A stretch of DNA of 63,927 bases, filler included, from Octopus bimaculoides (GCF_001194135.2; 7 parts of 6 records of this genome joined end to end with filler, not necessarily neighbours in it); one strand, 5' to 3'; shown: positions 25,338 through 39,598, counted from the first letter of the whole stretch. Made by a program: numbers and translations. The notes: a model not told the origin generated them from the letters alone.

Positions 25338-25790
25338 CAGGCTTGGTTGTGTGGTTAGAAGGGAGGCTTCCCAGCTATGTGATCTGTGAGGCACCTGAGG
25401 CCAGTGTCTTCTCCCATAATCCCAGACTGGCCAATGTCTTGTGAACGAATTTGGTAGATGGAAACTGTGTGGAAGCCTGTCATGTGTGTGTGTCTTTGGG
25501 TTTGTTCCCCTCTCCCCATATGATGCTGGTTTGTTTACATCCTTGTAACTGAGTGGTTTGGCAGAAGAAACTGAGAGAATGAGTACTGGAGTCTGTCTAT
25601 TTGACTAAACCTTTCTGGGCAGTGCCCCAGCATGGCCACAGTCCATTGACTAGAACAAGTTCCCATCTACTAAAAAAATTCTCCATTGGCTGGCTGTGGG
25701 CTGCAGTGCAGGTCCTTTGTCCAAGGTGCTGCACAGTGGGACTGAACCTGAAACTACGTGGTTGCAAAGCTAACCTCTCAATTCCACAAC
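25338..25790. mobile_element. SINE family B (+, 25338-25660) and a partial head (-, 25715-25790)
   Basis: Contains gaatttggtagatggaaactg and cagcatggccacagtc; the reverse-strand head reads cagtgggactgaacc. Confidence 0.7.
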
Positions 25791-26469
25791 CATTGTCTGT
25801 CTGTCTGTCTGCTTGACTATATGTCTCTCTGCCTGTCCATCCGTCCGTCTGTCTGTCTGTCTATGTCTTTGACAATCTTTTAGTTGTTTCAGATTTTTGA
25901 CTGCAGCCATGCTGTGGCATGCCAGAGAGTTATAGTGTACCAGAAATTATTTTAATAAAAATGTTTAGTGCGTGTGTGTGGATAAAATTAATATGTAATA
26001 CAAAAATAACTTCTCTCTCTCTGTTTCTCTATCTATCCATTGCTCTGTCTATATATCACTATCTATCTAACTCTTTATCACTCTCTCTCTCTCTCTATCT
26101 AACTCTCTATAACTCTGTCTGTCAATCAATCAATCAATCAATTAAAAAAGTGCTAGAAATGTATTCTAAACAGATATATATATATACTATACATAGCTTT
26201 GTTAATGGTATCATATGCAGGTGGGTATGAGTTAATCATGAGATGCGCTAAAAATAACAGCTAGATAGACCTTAAATTATGCACCTAAATTTTTTTTTGG
26301 GGGGGGCGAGTTTGCATAGTCATATGATTTCCCCCGTGTGTAGAACACAGATTTGCAAAAATCTTGTGACAATTCCCCAAGACAAAAGTTATGAAGGATT
26401 GTATGTCGTGCAAACAGAATTCCACCATCCAGGGAAACAAAGCGCTGCTTATAGACAACAGAGGTCAGC

Positions 26470-26599
26470 GAGAATGTTGTAACTCGGTGTGCATGTGCAA
26501 CAGAGTTCAAGGTCAATCTGTGCCAAATGGCTTCACTCTGCGTACTTTAGCTCCGTTACCATAGCAATAGTCTTGATACTTTTGTGATCAGACTATGTA
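26470..26599 (-). mobile_element. 5' TIR fragment of the mariner family at 4874-5740
   Basis: cttcactctgcgtactttagctccgttaccatagc...tgatcagactatgta matches 5675-5740. Confidence 0.7.
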
Positions 26600-27361
26600 T
26601 TTCAACAATACATATCCCTTTTTTTTTTGTTTTTGTATGTGTGCAAGTGTTGTCTGTATAATAAATAAGGATGTGTGTGTGTGTGTGTGTCAGCTGGAGG
26701 AGATGTCCTCCTGGGGCTAAAAGCAACAGTAACATCCACCCCTAGGGGTCAGCCACACTTAAGTGGCAATATACTACACTTTATCGTGCAGTTACTGTTA
26801 ATACTTCATTTAGAGAATTAACATTGCTTATATATATATCATTATTAATTAATGTCTGTTTTATGCTGGTATAGGTTGGATAGTTTGACAGGATCCAGTT
26901 GGCTCAAATGTTGGCTTTGGCATGGGTTTCTATGGCAGTATGCCTTTCTGAATGCCCACCACTTTACAGAGTGGACTGGGTGCTTTTTTTTTTATGTCAT
27001 TCACTGTTGGGGTCACCATGCAGTTTGCAGGACTATGATCCCTGGGGTGTGTGGTGGTGGTGGTGGCGGGTTGGCTTCATGCTAGGGAGATGAGGGAATT
27101 ATTATGAGAGATGTGTGTGTGTGTGTGGAGGGGTTCCTGCAGAGGGATTTGCATGGCTATTCNNNNNNNNNNNNNNNNNNNNNNNNNNNNNNNNNNNNNN
27201 NNNNNNNNNNNNNNNNNNNNNNNNNNNNNNNNNNNNNNNNNNNNNNNNNNNNNNNNNNNNNNNNNNNNNNNNNNNNNNNNNNNNNNNNNNNNNNNNNNNN
27301 NNNNNNNNNNNNNNNNNNNNNNNNNNNGCAAAGGTCACCCAACGGCCCCACAAGGTACAGG

Positions 27362-27422
<61 letters not shown>

Positions 27423-27645
27423 TACAAGGGGTTGTCTAAAGTTCCTGGCTTTGGCTAAAAGAAAATACAGGAGGATCAGTTAATTATAATTTTATTCACC
27501 ATATTCCCATTTAACATTCACACACTTATTGCAGCTGTCCTTCAGTTTTTCTAAACCTTGTGAAACAACTGGGAAGGTTGGGCCTCCAACCAGGCCTTAT
27601 GCGATACCCTTAAAGCCAGGAACTTTTCAGCCCCCCCCTCGTCTA
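27423..27645. mobile_element. Mariner-derived MITE (~220 bp)
   Basis: TIRs ...aaagttcctggcttt / aaagccaggaacttttcagccccccctcg with TA flanks. Minus-strand GLEKLKDSCNKCVNVKWEYGE* resembles a mariner C-terminus. Confidence 0.75.
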
Positions 27646-27710
27646 TGTATGTATGTATGTATATATATATACACATATAATATAAATTAATGCTTATGTT
27701 TATGATCAGT

Positions 27711-28735
27711 TCATCATCATCATCATCATCGTTTAACGTCCGCTTTCCATGCTAGCATGGGTTGGACGATTTGACTGAGGACTGGTGAAACCGGATGGCA
27801 ACACCAGGCTCCAGTCTGATTTGGCAGAGTTTCTACAGCTGGATGCCCTTCCTAACGCCAACCACTCAGAGAGTGTAGTGGGTGCTTTTACGTGTCACCC
27901 GCACGAAAACGGCCACGCTCGAAATGGTGTCTTTTATNNNNNNNNNNNNNNNNNNNNNNNNNNNNNNNNNNNNNNNNNNNNNNNNNNNNNNNNNNNNNNN
28001 NNNNNNNNNNNNNNNNNNNNNNNNNNNNNNNNNNNNNNNNNNNNNNNNNNNNNNNNNNNNNNNNNNNNNNNNNNNNNNNNNNNNNNNNNNNNNNNNNNNN
28101 NNNNNNNNNNNNNNNNNNNNNNNNNNNNNNNNNNNNNNNNNNNNNNNNNNNNNNNNNNNNNNNNNNNNNNNNNNNNNNNNNNNNNNNNNNNNNNNNNNNN
28201 NNNNNNNNNNNNNNNNNNNNNNNNNNNNNNNNNNNNNNNNNNNNNNNNNNNNNNNNNNNNNNNNNNNNNNNNNNNNNNNNNNNNNNNNNNNNNNNNNNNN
28301 NNNNNNNNNNNNNNNNNNNNNNNNNNNNNNNNNNNNNNNNNNNNNNNNNNNNNNNNNNNNNNNNNGCAATCGTCTCTCTTGCACGCCACAACTGATGCTT
28401 CTAATGTTCAGCTTTTCTCTCAAGATACTTACACTCTGACGGGTATTCACATTGACATTACACATCCAACGGAGCATACTGGCTTCATTCCTTGCGAGCT
28501 TACGTATGTCCTCAGCAGTTACAGCCCATGTTTCACTGCCATGTAGCATGGTTGTTCGTACGCATGCGTCATACAGTCTGCCTTTTACTCTGAGTGAGAG
28601 TCCCTTTGTCGCCAGCAGGGGTAAGAGCTCTCTAAACTTTGCCCAGGCTATTCTTATTCTAGCAGCTACACTTTCAGCGCACCCACCCCCACTACTAACT
28701 TGGTCGCCCAGATAGCGGAAGCTATCGACTACCTC
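27711..28735 (-). mobile_element. Young 5'-truncated RTE LINE with (GAT)n tail
   Basis: EVVDSFRYLGDQV...RIAWAKFRELLPLL...LYDACVRTTMLHGSETWA...VQERRL with an open frame, then a 3'UTR and ...gttaaac(gat)n. Confidence 0.93.
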
Positions 28736-28775
28736 ATAATTAAAATTTCACATTAAGCTACAGGTTGATTTATGT

Positions 28776-28896
28776 TTAGACAAGAATAATGTTATTGACA
28801 GTGACTTTGAAGCTTTGACCAGTTAAGCCATCATCCAATAATGGCTTAACTGGCCAAAACTTTGAAGTCACTGTCAATAACATTATTCTTGTTTAA
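28776..28896. repeat. ~120-nt near-perfect palindrome (arms ~55 bp, 9-nt loop)
   Basis: gaataatgttattgacagtgactttgaagctttgaccagttaagccat-catccaata-atggcttaactggccaaaactttgaagtcactgtcaataacattattc. Confidence 0.9.
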
Positions 28897-29307
28897 GAAT
28901 AATATATATATATATATATACTTGGTCAGCATTGATTGCAGATTCAGTTGTTTGGTCAACCGAATTTCTCGTTTTCCATTGCATTGGTGTGAAATTGGTT
29001 AAATCTAAAGGAATATGAAAATTAAAATGGCTGCTGTAAAAGTGTGTATACTTTATTTTGGTGTGTGTGTGTGGTGGTGTTGGGGGGCAACCTGTGTATG
29101 TAACATGCTTCATGCTTCATCATAACAATAACTGTTTTCAAAATAGTATCATTCTTACAAGCATTTTCCAATGAAACCTTTATGCAGACTCTAAGGAACA
29201 ATAGAACCAAACAAGAAGTTGTTCTCTCCTGGGTAAGTAAAATAATCCAAGCAGGACAGTGACTGTGAGCAGAGATATTAATGGGAAGAGAAAAAAACAA
29301 AGCATTT

Positions 29308-29531
29308 TTAACCCATTAGCATTAAAACCAGCCATAGCCAGCCGAAATATCCTACCTGTTTTATGTTCAAACTGGTCAGATCCAGTCTTTCACATCTACC
29401 CTACAATGTCATTCTGAAAATAAGCAATCACATCATTGAAATATCAAAGCTATGAGATAATGCATGATTAATCCAAAACAATGTGAATGAATAACACATT
29501 TGACAGAGTTATCTGAATGCTAAAGAGTTGA
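29308..29531. mobile_element. piggyBac-type MITE (TTAA-CCC..TAGCATT ends)
   Basis: ttaa|cccattagcatt ... aatgctaaagag|ttga. A partial inverted copy at 51916-52057 ends aatgctaaaggg|ttaa. Confidence 0.75.
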
Positions 29532-29623
29532 TTTTACTGGTGATCTCCCCCTCATCAGCTGCCTGTCAAATAGCCATGTGATTTTGACACTTGCTGTTGA
29601 CATTATGATTGATTGCTCTACAC

Positions 29624-29760
29624 CAGGCATGAGCAACCATTTTTGAGAACTGGGTCACATGCGACATAGCTTACCATCCATCAGGCAGACCACATTACTG
29701 AAAAAAATTCAAGGGGTGCCATTGATAAAGCCCTCTGGGCTGCAATTTCTCCACACATAT
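29624..29760 (+). mobile_element. Possible hAT (Charlie-like) MITE remnant
   Basis: caggcatgagcaaccattttt...gggtcacatg...gggctgca resembles Charlie-type ends; the right TIR is poor. Confidence 0.3.
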
Positions 29761-29794
29761 ATATGATGGGCATTTTTTTTTTTTAGAAGGGTTT

Positions 29795-31262
29795 CAGTCG
29801 GCACGAGGCTATAGTAGAAGACACTTGTCCAAGGTGCTACGTTGTGAAACTGAACTCAGAACCATGTGGTATCCCTGCTTAAATGTGGATGTTTTTTTGG
29901 AACAAACTTTACTGCTGTACAAACCATGAGAGAGATCTTGGTCTCAGCACTGGAGTTGGGGTTTTATCTCCCTGCTGGCGATATAAGCAAACAAGCATAT
30001 ATTCTACACCAAGAGCCTGTGTGGGAGTTTCTTTCATGGCTTCTATCACAGTATAGTTTGTTCTAACAGTACATCCACATTTAAATAGGAATGAATATTT
30101 ATTTCTATATTGCTCACAGGGAGCTAAACATATAGGGAACAAAGAGGTTAAGTCGATTACATTGATCCCAGTGTGTAACTGGTATTTATTTAATTGGGTC
30201 TGAAAAAATGAAAGGCAAAGTCGACCATGGCAGAATTTGAACTCAGAACATAAAGGCAGATGAAATACTGCTAGACATTTTTACCTGGCGTGCTAATGAT
30301 TCTGACAGCTTGCGACCCAATGTGGAATAAATATCTCTCAACTCCTATTGGTGTTACAAGGGCCCCATCACGAGATACAGTGGTGTGCACGTGTCTGGAT
30401 CCGGCCCTCTTTGGTGTTCACAGTGGACTGATGCTTTAATTATCGAGCCCCCCCTCTCCCACCCCACCCAAAAAGAATAAAATACAAAGTTAACCTTGGT
30501 GTGGTTTGAACCTCAGATTTCAGGGAAACAAAATGACTACCACAAATGCATTCAGTCCAGTGCTTTAACAACTGTGCCAACCCACTTCTATAACTGGTAC
30601 TCATTTATTGATCCCAGACAGATGAAAGGCAAAGGGTGATCTGAGATCTGAGCAGTGTTTGAACTCTGAATGCAGTGGCCATCAATAACCACAAGGCATT
30701 CTATGTCTGCTCTGATGATTCTGGCATTGCCTCCCCACCCACCCTCCTCTCTATCCTCACATTAAATAAATCAAATTTTCTCCAATTTATCTGATATTTT
30801 AACAGCGAGAAGCCACATAAAGAGAACATGAACTCTTTAACCCTAATCCACTGTCATAATCTCAGTATACTCTTGCTAGAAATAGCAGCTAAATTCCCTT
30901 GAATCAGATTCTATTATCTTGAAGAAAAAACTCAATGGAACACTTTTGAACATAGATTTGTTTAAAGGAATCTGACTTGGGGCTAAACATCAAGTTGTTT
31001 TTATTTTCTTTGCTGTGTAGTCATTGAATGACTGTGGCCATGCTGGGGCAACACCGAAGGGTTTTAGCCATTTGTATTGGCCCTAGTACTCAATCTGGTT
31101 CTTTCTTTTACTTGTTTCAGTCATTTGACTGCGGCCATGCTGGAACACCGCCTTTAGTCGAGCAAATCGATCCCAGGACTTATTCTTTGTAAGCCTAGTA
31201 CTTATTCTATCGGTCTCTTTTGCCGAACTGCTAAGTGACGGGCACATAAACACACCAGCATG
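29795..31262 (-). mobile_element. Cluster of SINE fragments (families A and B and others), mostly minus strand
   Basis: Family motifs recur at 29800-29870, 30105-30320, 30480-30730, 30860-30995 and 31020-31260. Confidence 0.7.
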
Positions 31263-31914
31263 GGGCAGAGCTATGTCACTTTTCACTACGCTTGTTCTTG
31301 GACAAGCTAGGATGCCTCTAGCAAGAATTCACACCGACGTACCATTTCTTTCTCCAAATCAATCCTATCCATGTCCTGAAATTTTCTCAGACAAGCAACA
31401 TTAGTAAAATGCTTCCAGAACCATTAACATTTATGTTTGGTCAAATTTTTCATGCATCTTTGATTCTTATTGTTTTCCTGTTCTGCTGCTAATGTTTAAA
31501 CCGATATTAGTAACAAAATTTTGAGGGAGGGGGTAAGATGATCATATTGACCCTCTCCCAATCAAAAGATTGTCACCATTTTTCTGTTATTAACTAATCA
31601 TTTCCCCACCCCCTGTGTGTCAGAATGACGGAATTAGCTTATTCATGTTCAGCTTTTCCCCTTTTTTAAAAGTCTGCATTAATCCTTTTTTCACCACATT
31701 TATTTATTTATTTATTTATTTATTTATTTTTTGGGGGGAGTGGTTTGGGTGGGTTGTTATTTATGTTGGTGTTGCCACTTTTGTGGCATGTATGTCTTCT
31801 CACTACTTCCCTGCAAGAAACCATGTTAAACTGTGAGTAAGTAAAACAAGCTAAAAAAAAAGTATGCAAAAATATTTAAGAACAGTCTTTCACTTTTGTT
31901 TGTAATAAGTCACA

Positions 31915-32740
<826 letters not shown>

Positions 32741-32779
32741 AATTAGACTGGTACTCCATCAGTTATGGTAACAAGAATT

Positions 32780-33050
32780 CCAGTCGATCCGATCAATGGA
32801 ACAGCCTGCTCATGTAATTAACATGCAAGTGGCTGAGCACTCCACAGACACGTGTATCCTTAATGTAGTTCTCAGGGAGATTCAACCAGACTGGTCCCCT
32901 TTCAAATACAGGTACAACTCCTTTTTTCCAGCTGGAGCGACAAAAAATAAAGTGCGTGTTCAAGAGACACAATGTGCCACCAGGAACTGAACTCACCACC
33001 TTATGATCATGAGCCAAATACCTTAACCTCTGAGCCACGTGTCTTCAACG
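32780..33050 (-). mobile_element. tRNA-derived SINE (head related to 58015-58355)
   Basis: Reverse-strand tggctcagaggttaaggtatttggctcatgatcataaggtggtgagttcagttcc (A/B boxes). Confidence 0.7.
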
Positions 33051-34049
33051 AATAATATTTTTAACCTTTTAAGGTTAGGTGTGGCTTATTAACACAACAT
33101 GCTTTCTTCTGCAGAGGACAGGTGTAGCTTATTGACACTCTGCTAAGATGGGTGTATATAAGCCACATTTGTCTTATAAGCTGTTTGATTGATTATCTTG
33201 TATTTTTTTGCCTTTTTTTTGCATCCTGCATGAAAACTCTTGCTATTTATATCCAAACTCAAAGGGTTAAGGTGCTGGGTGTCTTGCTACTAATAGCATT
33301 TATAATACTTTCAAATTTTGGTACAACACCTGTAATTTTTTTTAGAGGCAGGTGTTTTGTGAAATACATCGAGATCAATATGTGTACTTTATTTTATCAG
33401 CTCCTAAAGTACAAAAGGTAAAGATGTGCGCCACTGAATTTGAACTAAGGAACAAAGAAGAATTTTGAATGATACAAGAAATGGTATCAAGTATTTTGTC
33501 TGATGCACTCGCAGTTCTACCAGCTTATTGTTTTAGTAATCTTCTGTTATAATAAACATGAAATTCTGTCTGTTCATCTGTCCAAGACCCCTGTATCTAA
33601 GTCTACATAGACATATTACAACCTTTTTGGAATCAGGATGATCCTGGAATTGAAAATCTGTCCTTCATTTGGTTCTTGAACACCAGCATTAAGATCAGGT
33701 CTGGATGAAGATTTGTTATATGCTAACAGTTGAAAAATCAAATTTTAAAAGAACTCCCAAAATTTGCAAACTTATGAGCTTTTTGTATAAACTGAATTTA
33801 AAGTAATACCATATTTGGTAGGGGACCAATAACCACTTTATCATTACTTTTCTTTAGTTTGGGGCCAGAGCTTCAATTAGCCCTCCACAGGAGCTAGCTT
33901 AAAAGTCTGCATGGCCAGTTGATTAGATTGACCTCAGTATGCAACTGGTACTTAATTTATTGACCCTGAAAGGATGAAAGGCAAAGTCAACCTCAGCGGA
34001 ATTTGAACTCAGAACGTAAAGACACAAAATCTGATATGGATTCCAGTTG

Positions 34050-34700
34050 AGAACCACTGGTTTAGGTGAGGTGTATGGATGAGGACAGCTGCATAAAGAA
34101 CTGCCAATTGCTAAATGTGGATGGAGCTTGTGGAAGAGGAAGACCCAGGAAGATGTGGGATGAAATAGTGAAGAATGACATCCTGATGTTGAGCCTCGCA
34201 GAGATGATAAAAGACGAAGATGATTTGTGATTTGCTGTGTGCTCAAGAAGACCCGTCCATCTCAGCTAAAACGAGGCTCTTGAGGTATGTTGCTAATGTC
34301 TCTGCCCCTGCACCCAATCCGTCCCTGATGAATTCCCTCCACCTCCCACAGCTCATCTTCCCAGTATTCACCCCTCCATCACTCTTCTGACTACCATACT
34401 ACTTACTCAGCTGCTGTAATTACGAGAAGGCAACTGCACATATTTCATCTCCACACTTTTCACCCTTCCTGGGACCACCTCTCTTGTCTCACACATTCTC
34501 ATTATCCTCTCTCATTACCTTAGTTTCCACTGAACTCCCCTTTCGTTGCCCCTTTCCCTTGTGCCTCACCCTTTTCTTCATTTTGAAAACAGCAACCCTT
34601 TTCCATTACCTCCATTTGTCCCCTACTATTTCCATCCTTATGTATCTCTAACTTCATCCCTGGCACTGTGCATCTTCCCTCTCACACCACCCTCACCCTG
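34050..34700 (+). mobile_element. Old RTE LINE 3' remnant
   Basis: MDEDSCIKNCQLLNVDGACGRGRPRKMWDEIVKND is homologous to the EEDSCVKKC...GTCGRGRPRKTWAEVV of the young RTE; a pyrimidine-rich tract follows. Confidence 0.7.
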
Positions 34701-34995
34701 GACGATTTGACTGAGGACTGGCGAACCAGATGGCTGCACCAGGCTCCAATCTGATCTGGCAGACATTCTACAGCTGGATGCCCTTCCTAACGCCAACCAC
34801 TCCGAGAGTGTAGTGGGTGCTTTTATGTGCCACTGGCACGAGGGCCAGTCAGGCAGTACTGACAATGGCCACTCACAAATGGTGTTTATTACGTGCCGCC
34901 TGCACAAGAGCCAGTCCAGTGGCACTGGCAATGACCACTCAAATGTGTTTTCATGTGCCACCGACACAAGTGCCAGCACGGAAGCCAGACAGCTG
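34700..34995 (-). mobile_element. RTE 3'UTR fragment with ~60-bp tandem units
   Basis: ggacgatttgactgaggactgg...ttctacagctggatgcccttcctaacgccaaccac matches 27765-27880; 2-3 diverged units follow. Confidence 0.8.
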
Positions 34996-35029
34996 CTCTG
35001 GCAATGATCAATGATTATTATTATTATTA

Positions 35030-35103
<74 letters not shown>

Positions 35104-36669
35104 GGGAGGTTAGCTGGCAGAATTGTTAGGATGCTGGGCAAAATGTTTGGTGGCATTCTGTNNNNNNNNNNNNNNNNNNNNNNNNNNNNNNNNNNNNNNN
35201 NNNNNNNNNNNNNNNNNNNNNNNNNNNNNNNNNNNNNNNNNNNNNNNNNNNNNNNNNNNNNNNNNNNNNNNNNNNNNNNNNNNNNNNNNNNNNNNNNNNN
35301 NNNNNNNNNNNNNNNNNNNNNNNNNNNNNNNNNNNNNNNNNNNNNNNNNNNNNNNNNNNNNNNNNNNNNNNNNNNNNNNNNNNNNNNNNNNNNNNNNNNN
35401 NNNNNNNNNNNNNNNNNNNNNNNNNNNNNNNNNNNNNNNNNNNNNNNNNNNNNNNNNNNNNNNNNNNNNNNNNNNNNNNNNNNNNNNNNNNNNNNNNNNN
35501 NNNNNNNNNNNNNNNNNNNNNNNNNNNNNNNNNNNNNNNNNNNNNNNNNNNNNNNNNNNNNNNNNNNNNNNNNNNNNNNNNNNNNNNNNNNNNNNNNNNN
35601 NNNNNNNNNNNNNNNNNNNNNNNNNNNNNNNNNNNNNNNNNNNNNNNNNNNNNNNNNNNNNNNNNNNNNNNNNNNNNNNNNNNNNNNNNNNNNNNNNNNN
35701 NNNNNNNNNNNNNNNNNNNNNNNNNNNNNNNNNNNNNNNNNNNNNNNNNNNNNNNNNNNNNNNNNNNNNNNNNNNNNNNNNNNNNNNNNNNNNNNNNNNN
35801 NNNNNNNNNNNNNNNNNNNNNNNNNNNNNNNNNNNNNNNNNNNNNNNNNNNNNNNNNNNNNNNNNNNNNNNNNNNNNNNNNNNNNNNNNNNNNNNNNNNN
35901 NNNNNNNNNNNNNNNNNNNNNNNNNNNNNNNNNNNNNNNNNNNNNNNNNNNNNNNNNNNNNNNNNNNNNNNNNNNNNNNNNNNNNNNNNNNNNNNNNNNN
36001 NNNNNNNNNNNNNNNNNNNNNNNNNNNNNNNNNNNNNNNNNNNNNNNNNNNNNNNNNNNNNNNNNNNNNNNNNNNNNNNNNNNNNNNNNNNNNNNNNNNN
36101 NNNNNNNNNNNNNNNNNNNNNNNNNNNNNNNNNNNNNNNNNNNNNNNNNNNNNNNNNNNNAATGACTGAAGCAAGTAAAAGATGAAGGAAAAGACGAGAT
36201 GGTCATGGCTGGAACGCCTTTGGTTTTTGGTCTATTGGATCAAGGTTGAAGTGGAGCTCTGGCGGTGATGTTGACTTTCAGTACAAGCTCCATGAAACAT
36301 TCGTTAATTAACGCAGTGCTCCCACTGTTTGCAGCAACGAAGATGGACCAAGTCATGATGTTCAGAAAAAAAAAAAAAAAAAAATGGGATGGTCATGGTT
36401 GGAATGCCTTTGATCTTTGGTCTGCTGGATCAAGGTCGATGTCCTGATGATGAAGATGCATTGAATAACCAATTGAAGGAAGCGTCCTCCTGGGGTTAAA
36501 ATAGCAGTAATGTCGGTTCCTATGGAAAAGCCATGTTTACGTGGCGATGGCGATAAACATTACTGCTTTGCAGTTAGTTATTTGATTGCGGCTCTTTACA
36601 TTCCAAGTTCAAATCTTGTCAAGGTCAATTTTGACTTTCGTCGATACAATCACCCCTCCTCCCTCCACA

Positions 36670-37151
36670 CACATACATAATCAATATCGAACTCTCGATT
36701 GACGACCTGGGCTTCGGCGACGAATTCTCGATGCACAGTCCCACATTTCCGTGGCAGGTCTTCCAGATCGCTCGTCGTCTTCCAGATCGCTCGTCGTCTT
36801 CCAGGGACGTTCTTCAGCTTTCGAAGCATCCGTGTTACTAGAAACATCGCATACGACCCATTGCCTCGCTGCCGTAAGCTCGCCGAAGCATGCTCAATGT
36901 CTCTGTAGCAGACTTTCCTAGTTTAACGCAAAATTTCACGTTGGCTCTTTGTCCGTGACAAAATCGCAGACTACAGAATATATAATATTATAAAAACACA
37001 AATTTCACAACTTGCGAAGTAAAGACAGCGATGTCATTCGGGACACTGTCTCATGGAGGTCACTGCTTGCTCTCACTGCGCACGCAACCGTGTGGTGTCA
37101 TTTGTTGGCGCGCTACGGAACTAGTCCGAGAACTTTTTAATACCACTTATA
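36670..37151 (-). mobile_element. Internally deleted mariner (5' TIR, HTH region, short downstream piece)
   Basis: QRANVKFCVKLGKSATETLSMLRRAYGSEAMGRMRCF...TSLEDDERSG, then VHREFVAEAQVVNREF. TIR-like end ...gtccgagaactttttaataccactta. Confidence 0.82.
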
Positions 37152-38339
37152 GACCTGAAGTAATCCTCTGATTGTTAAGTCCATCTGAACGGTGTTTTAA
37201 AACGGTTTCCGTCGACACAGTTTGTGCAAGAAGCCATCCTTTCTTAATCCTGCAGTAAAACCCATTTGAAGACTTACGGATAACTTTTGTTCAAATTTGA
37301 AAAAAAAAAAAAAATCCACTTTTAAGGGAAGTAACTCTCATACTTGTTTTTAGAAGTTATTGTTCCTGAATGAAACAAAAGCGTCACTAACTAGAAATGC
37401 ATACACACACACACACACGTCATGCATCCCACACGCTTTCTTTCNNNNNNNNNNNNNNNNNNNNNNNNNNNNNNNNNNNNNNNNNNNNNNNNNNNNNNNN
37501 NNNNNNNNNNNNNNNNNNNNNNNNNNNNNNNNNNNNNNNNNNNNNNNNNNNNNNNNNNNNNNNNNNNNNNNNNNNNNNNNNNNNNNNNNNNNNNNNNNNN
37601 NNNNNNNNNNNNNNNNNNNNNNNNNNNNNNNNNNNNNNNNNNNNNNNNNNNNNNNNNNNNNNNNNNNNNNNNNNNNNNNNNNNNNNNNNNNNNNNNNNNN
37701 NNNNNNNNNNNNNNNNNNNNNNNNNNNNNNNNNNNNNNNNNNNNNNNNNNNNNNNNNNNNNNNNNNNNNNNNNNNNNNNNNNNNNNNNNNNNNNNNNNNN
37801 NNNNNNNNNNNNNNNNNNNNNNNNNNNNNNNNNNNNNNNNNNNNNNNNNNNNNNNNNNNNNNNNNNNNNNNNNNNNNNNNNNNNNNNNNNNNNNNNNNNN
37901 NNNNNNNNNNNNNNNNNNNNNNNNNNNNNNNNNNNNNNNNNNNNNNNNNNNNNNNNNNNNNNNNNNNNNNNNNNNNNNNNNNNNNNNNNNNNNNNNNNNN
38001 NNNNNNNNNNNNNNNNNNNNNNNNNNNNNNNNNNNNNNNNNNNNNNNNNNNNNNNNNNNNNNNNNNNNNNNNNNNNNNNNNNNNNNNNNNNNNNNNNNNN
38101 NNNNNNNNNNNNNNNNNNNNNNNNNNNNNNNNNNNNNNNNNNNNNNNNNNNNNNNNNNNNNNNNNNNNNNNNNNNNNNNNNNNNNNNNNNNNNNNNNNNN
38201 NNNNNNNNNNNTTGATTTTATTCCATTTGAAAGAGCTTTTATGAGATTATATTTTTTGTTTTCCTTTACCTCTTTTATTAATTTTAATTAATTAATTAAT
38301 CAAAGATAGATCCCATGATCAAATGAATTTTCATCTAAA

Positions 38340-39319
38340 TGAAAGATGATGATGATAATAATAATAATAATAATGATGATGATGATAATAATAATCCTTT
38401 CTAATATAGGTACAAGGCTGAAATTTTGGAGGAGAGGGATAGTCTATTACATCGACCCCAGTGGTCAACTGGTACTTATTTTACCGACCTCGAAAGGATG
38501 AAAGGCAAATTCGACCTTGACGGAATTATAATTACTGAGACATGGTTATGGCTGCAGAAAGCAAGGTAGTGAGACATGGTTATGGTTGCAGAAAGGAAGG
38601 CGACAGAAAGTTTCTTAGTAGCTGCATAAGATCAAACATTAAGGACTAATTGGATAAAAGCCAAGATTGACAAAAACAAAGTATATTCCCAAAGTAGGCT
38701 ATGAAAATCAAAAGAGGAAAGCGTTACTCATATAATAAGAGAATGTAACATGCTGGCACAGAAAGCATACAAAAAAAGACATGACAACCTAAGGAGAGTA
38801 ATCCACAGGAAGTTATGTAGAAAGCTAGGATTTGAACATACTGATAAATTGTATGAATATGTGCCTAGTAAAGTATTAGAAAGTAAGAAATATAAGATGT
38901 GAGCTTTTAACATTCAAACTAACAGAATAATAAAAGCTAGAAGGCCTGATTTAGTAATAGTAGACAAAGAAAAGAGAAAGTGCCAGATAATCGACTTTAC
39001 GGTCTCAAATAATGAGAAAATCAAAATGAAAGGTATAGAAAAAATAGCAAAATACAAGGACCTGGGCATTGAATTACAGAGCCTATGGAAAGTACGGATA
39101 AAATGTATTCCAGTAGTTATAGGTGCATTTGAACAGACGGATAGAGGAAACAGGCATAAAACCCAATTTAGTACAGCTTCAGAAAACAGTGTTATTAGGG
39201 ACAGCTAGGGTACTTAGAAGGGTTCTTCGCATCTAAGGTTACTTGTTGTAGCCTAATGTTAGGATTTTTTTCTTTTCCAGTTGTCTAATCTGTTAAGTGT
39301 AACACGAATGATAAAACTG

Positions 39320-39366
<47 letters not shown>

Positions 39367-39549
39367 CCTTTCTACTAAGGGCACAAGGCCTGAAATTTTG
39401 GGGCAGGGGACTTGTCAATTACATCACAGATGCTTAATTTATCAACCCCAAAAGGATGAAAGGCAAACCCGAATTTGAACACAGAACGTAAGGACAGAAA
39501 AAATGCAGACACCTGGCGTGCTAACGATTCTGCCAGCTCACCACCTTAA

Positions 39550-39598
<49 letters not shown>

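Noticed and set aside
34638-36206. Long ORFs (e.g. 522 aa, 497 aa, 384 aa) in the ORF track
   Set aside because: They are open only because they run through N-gaps or microsatellites.
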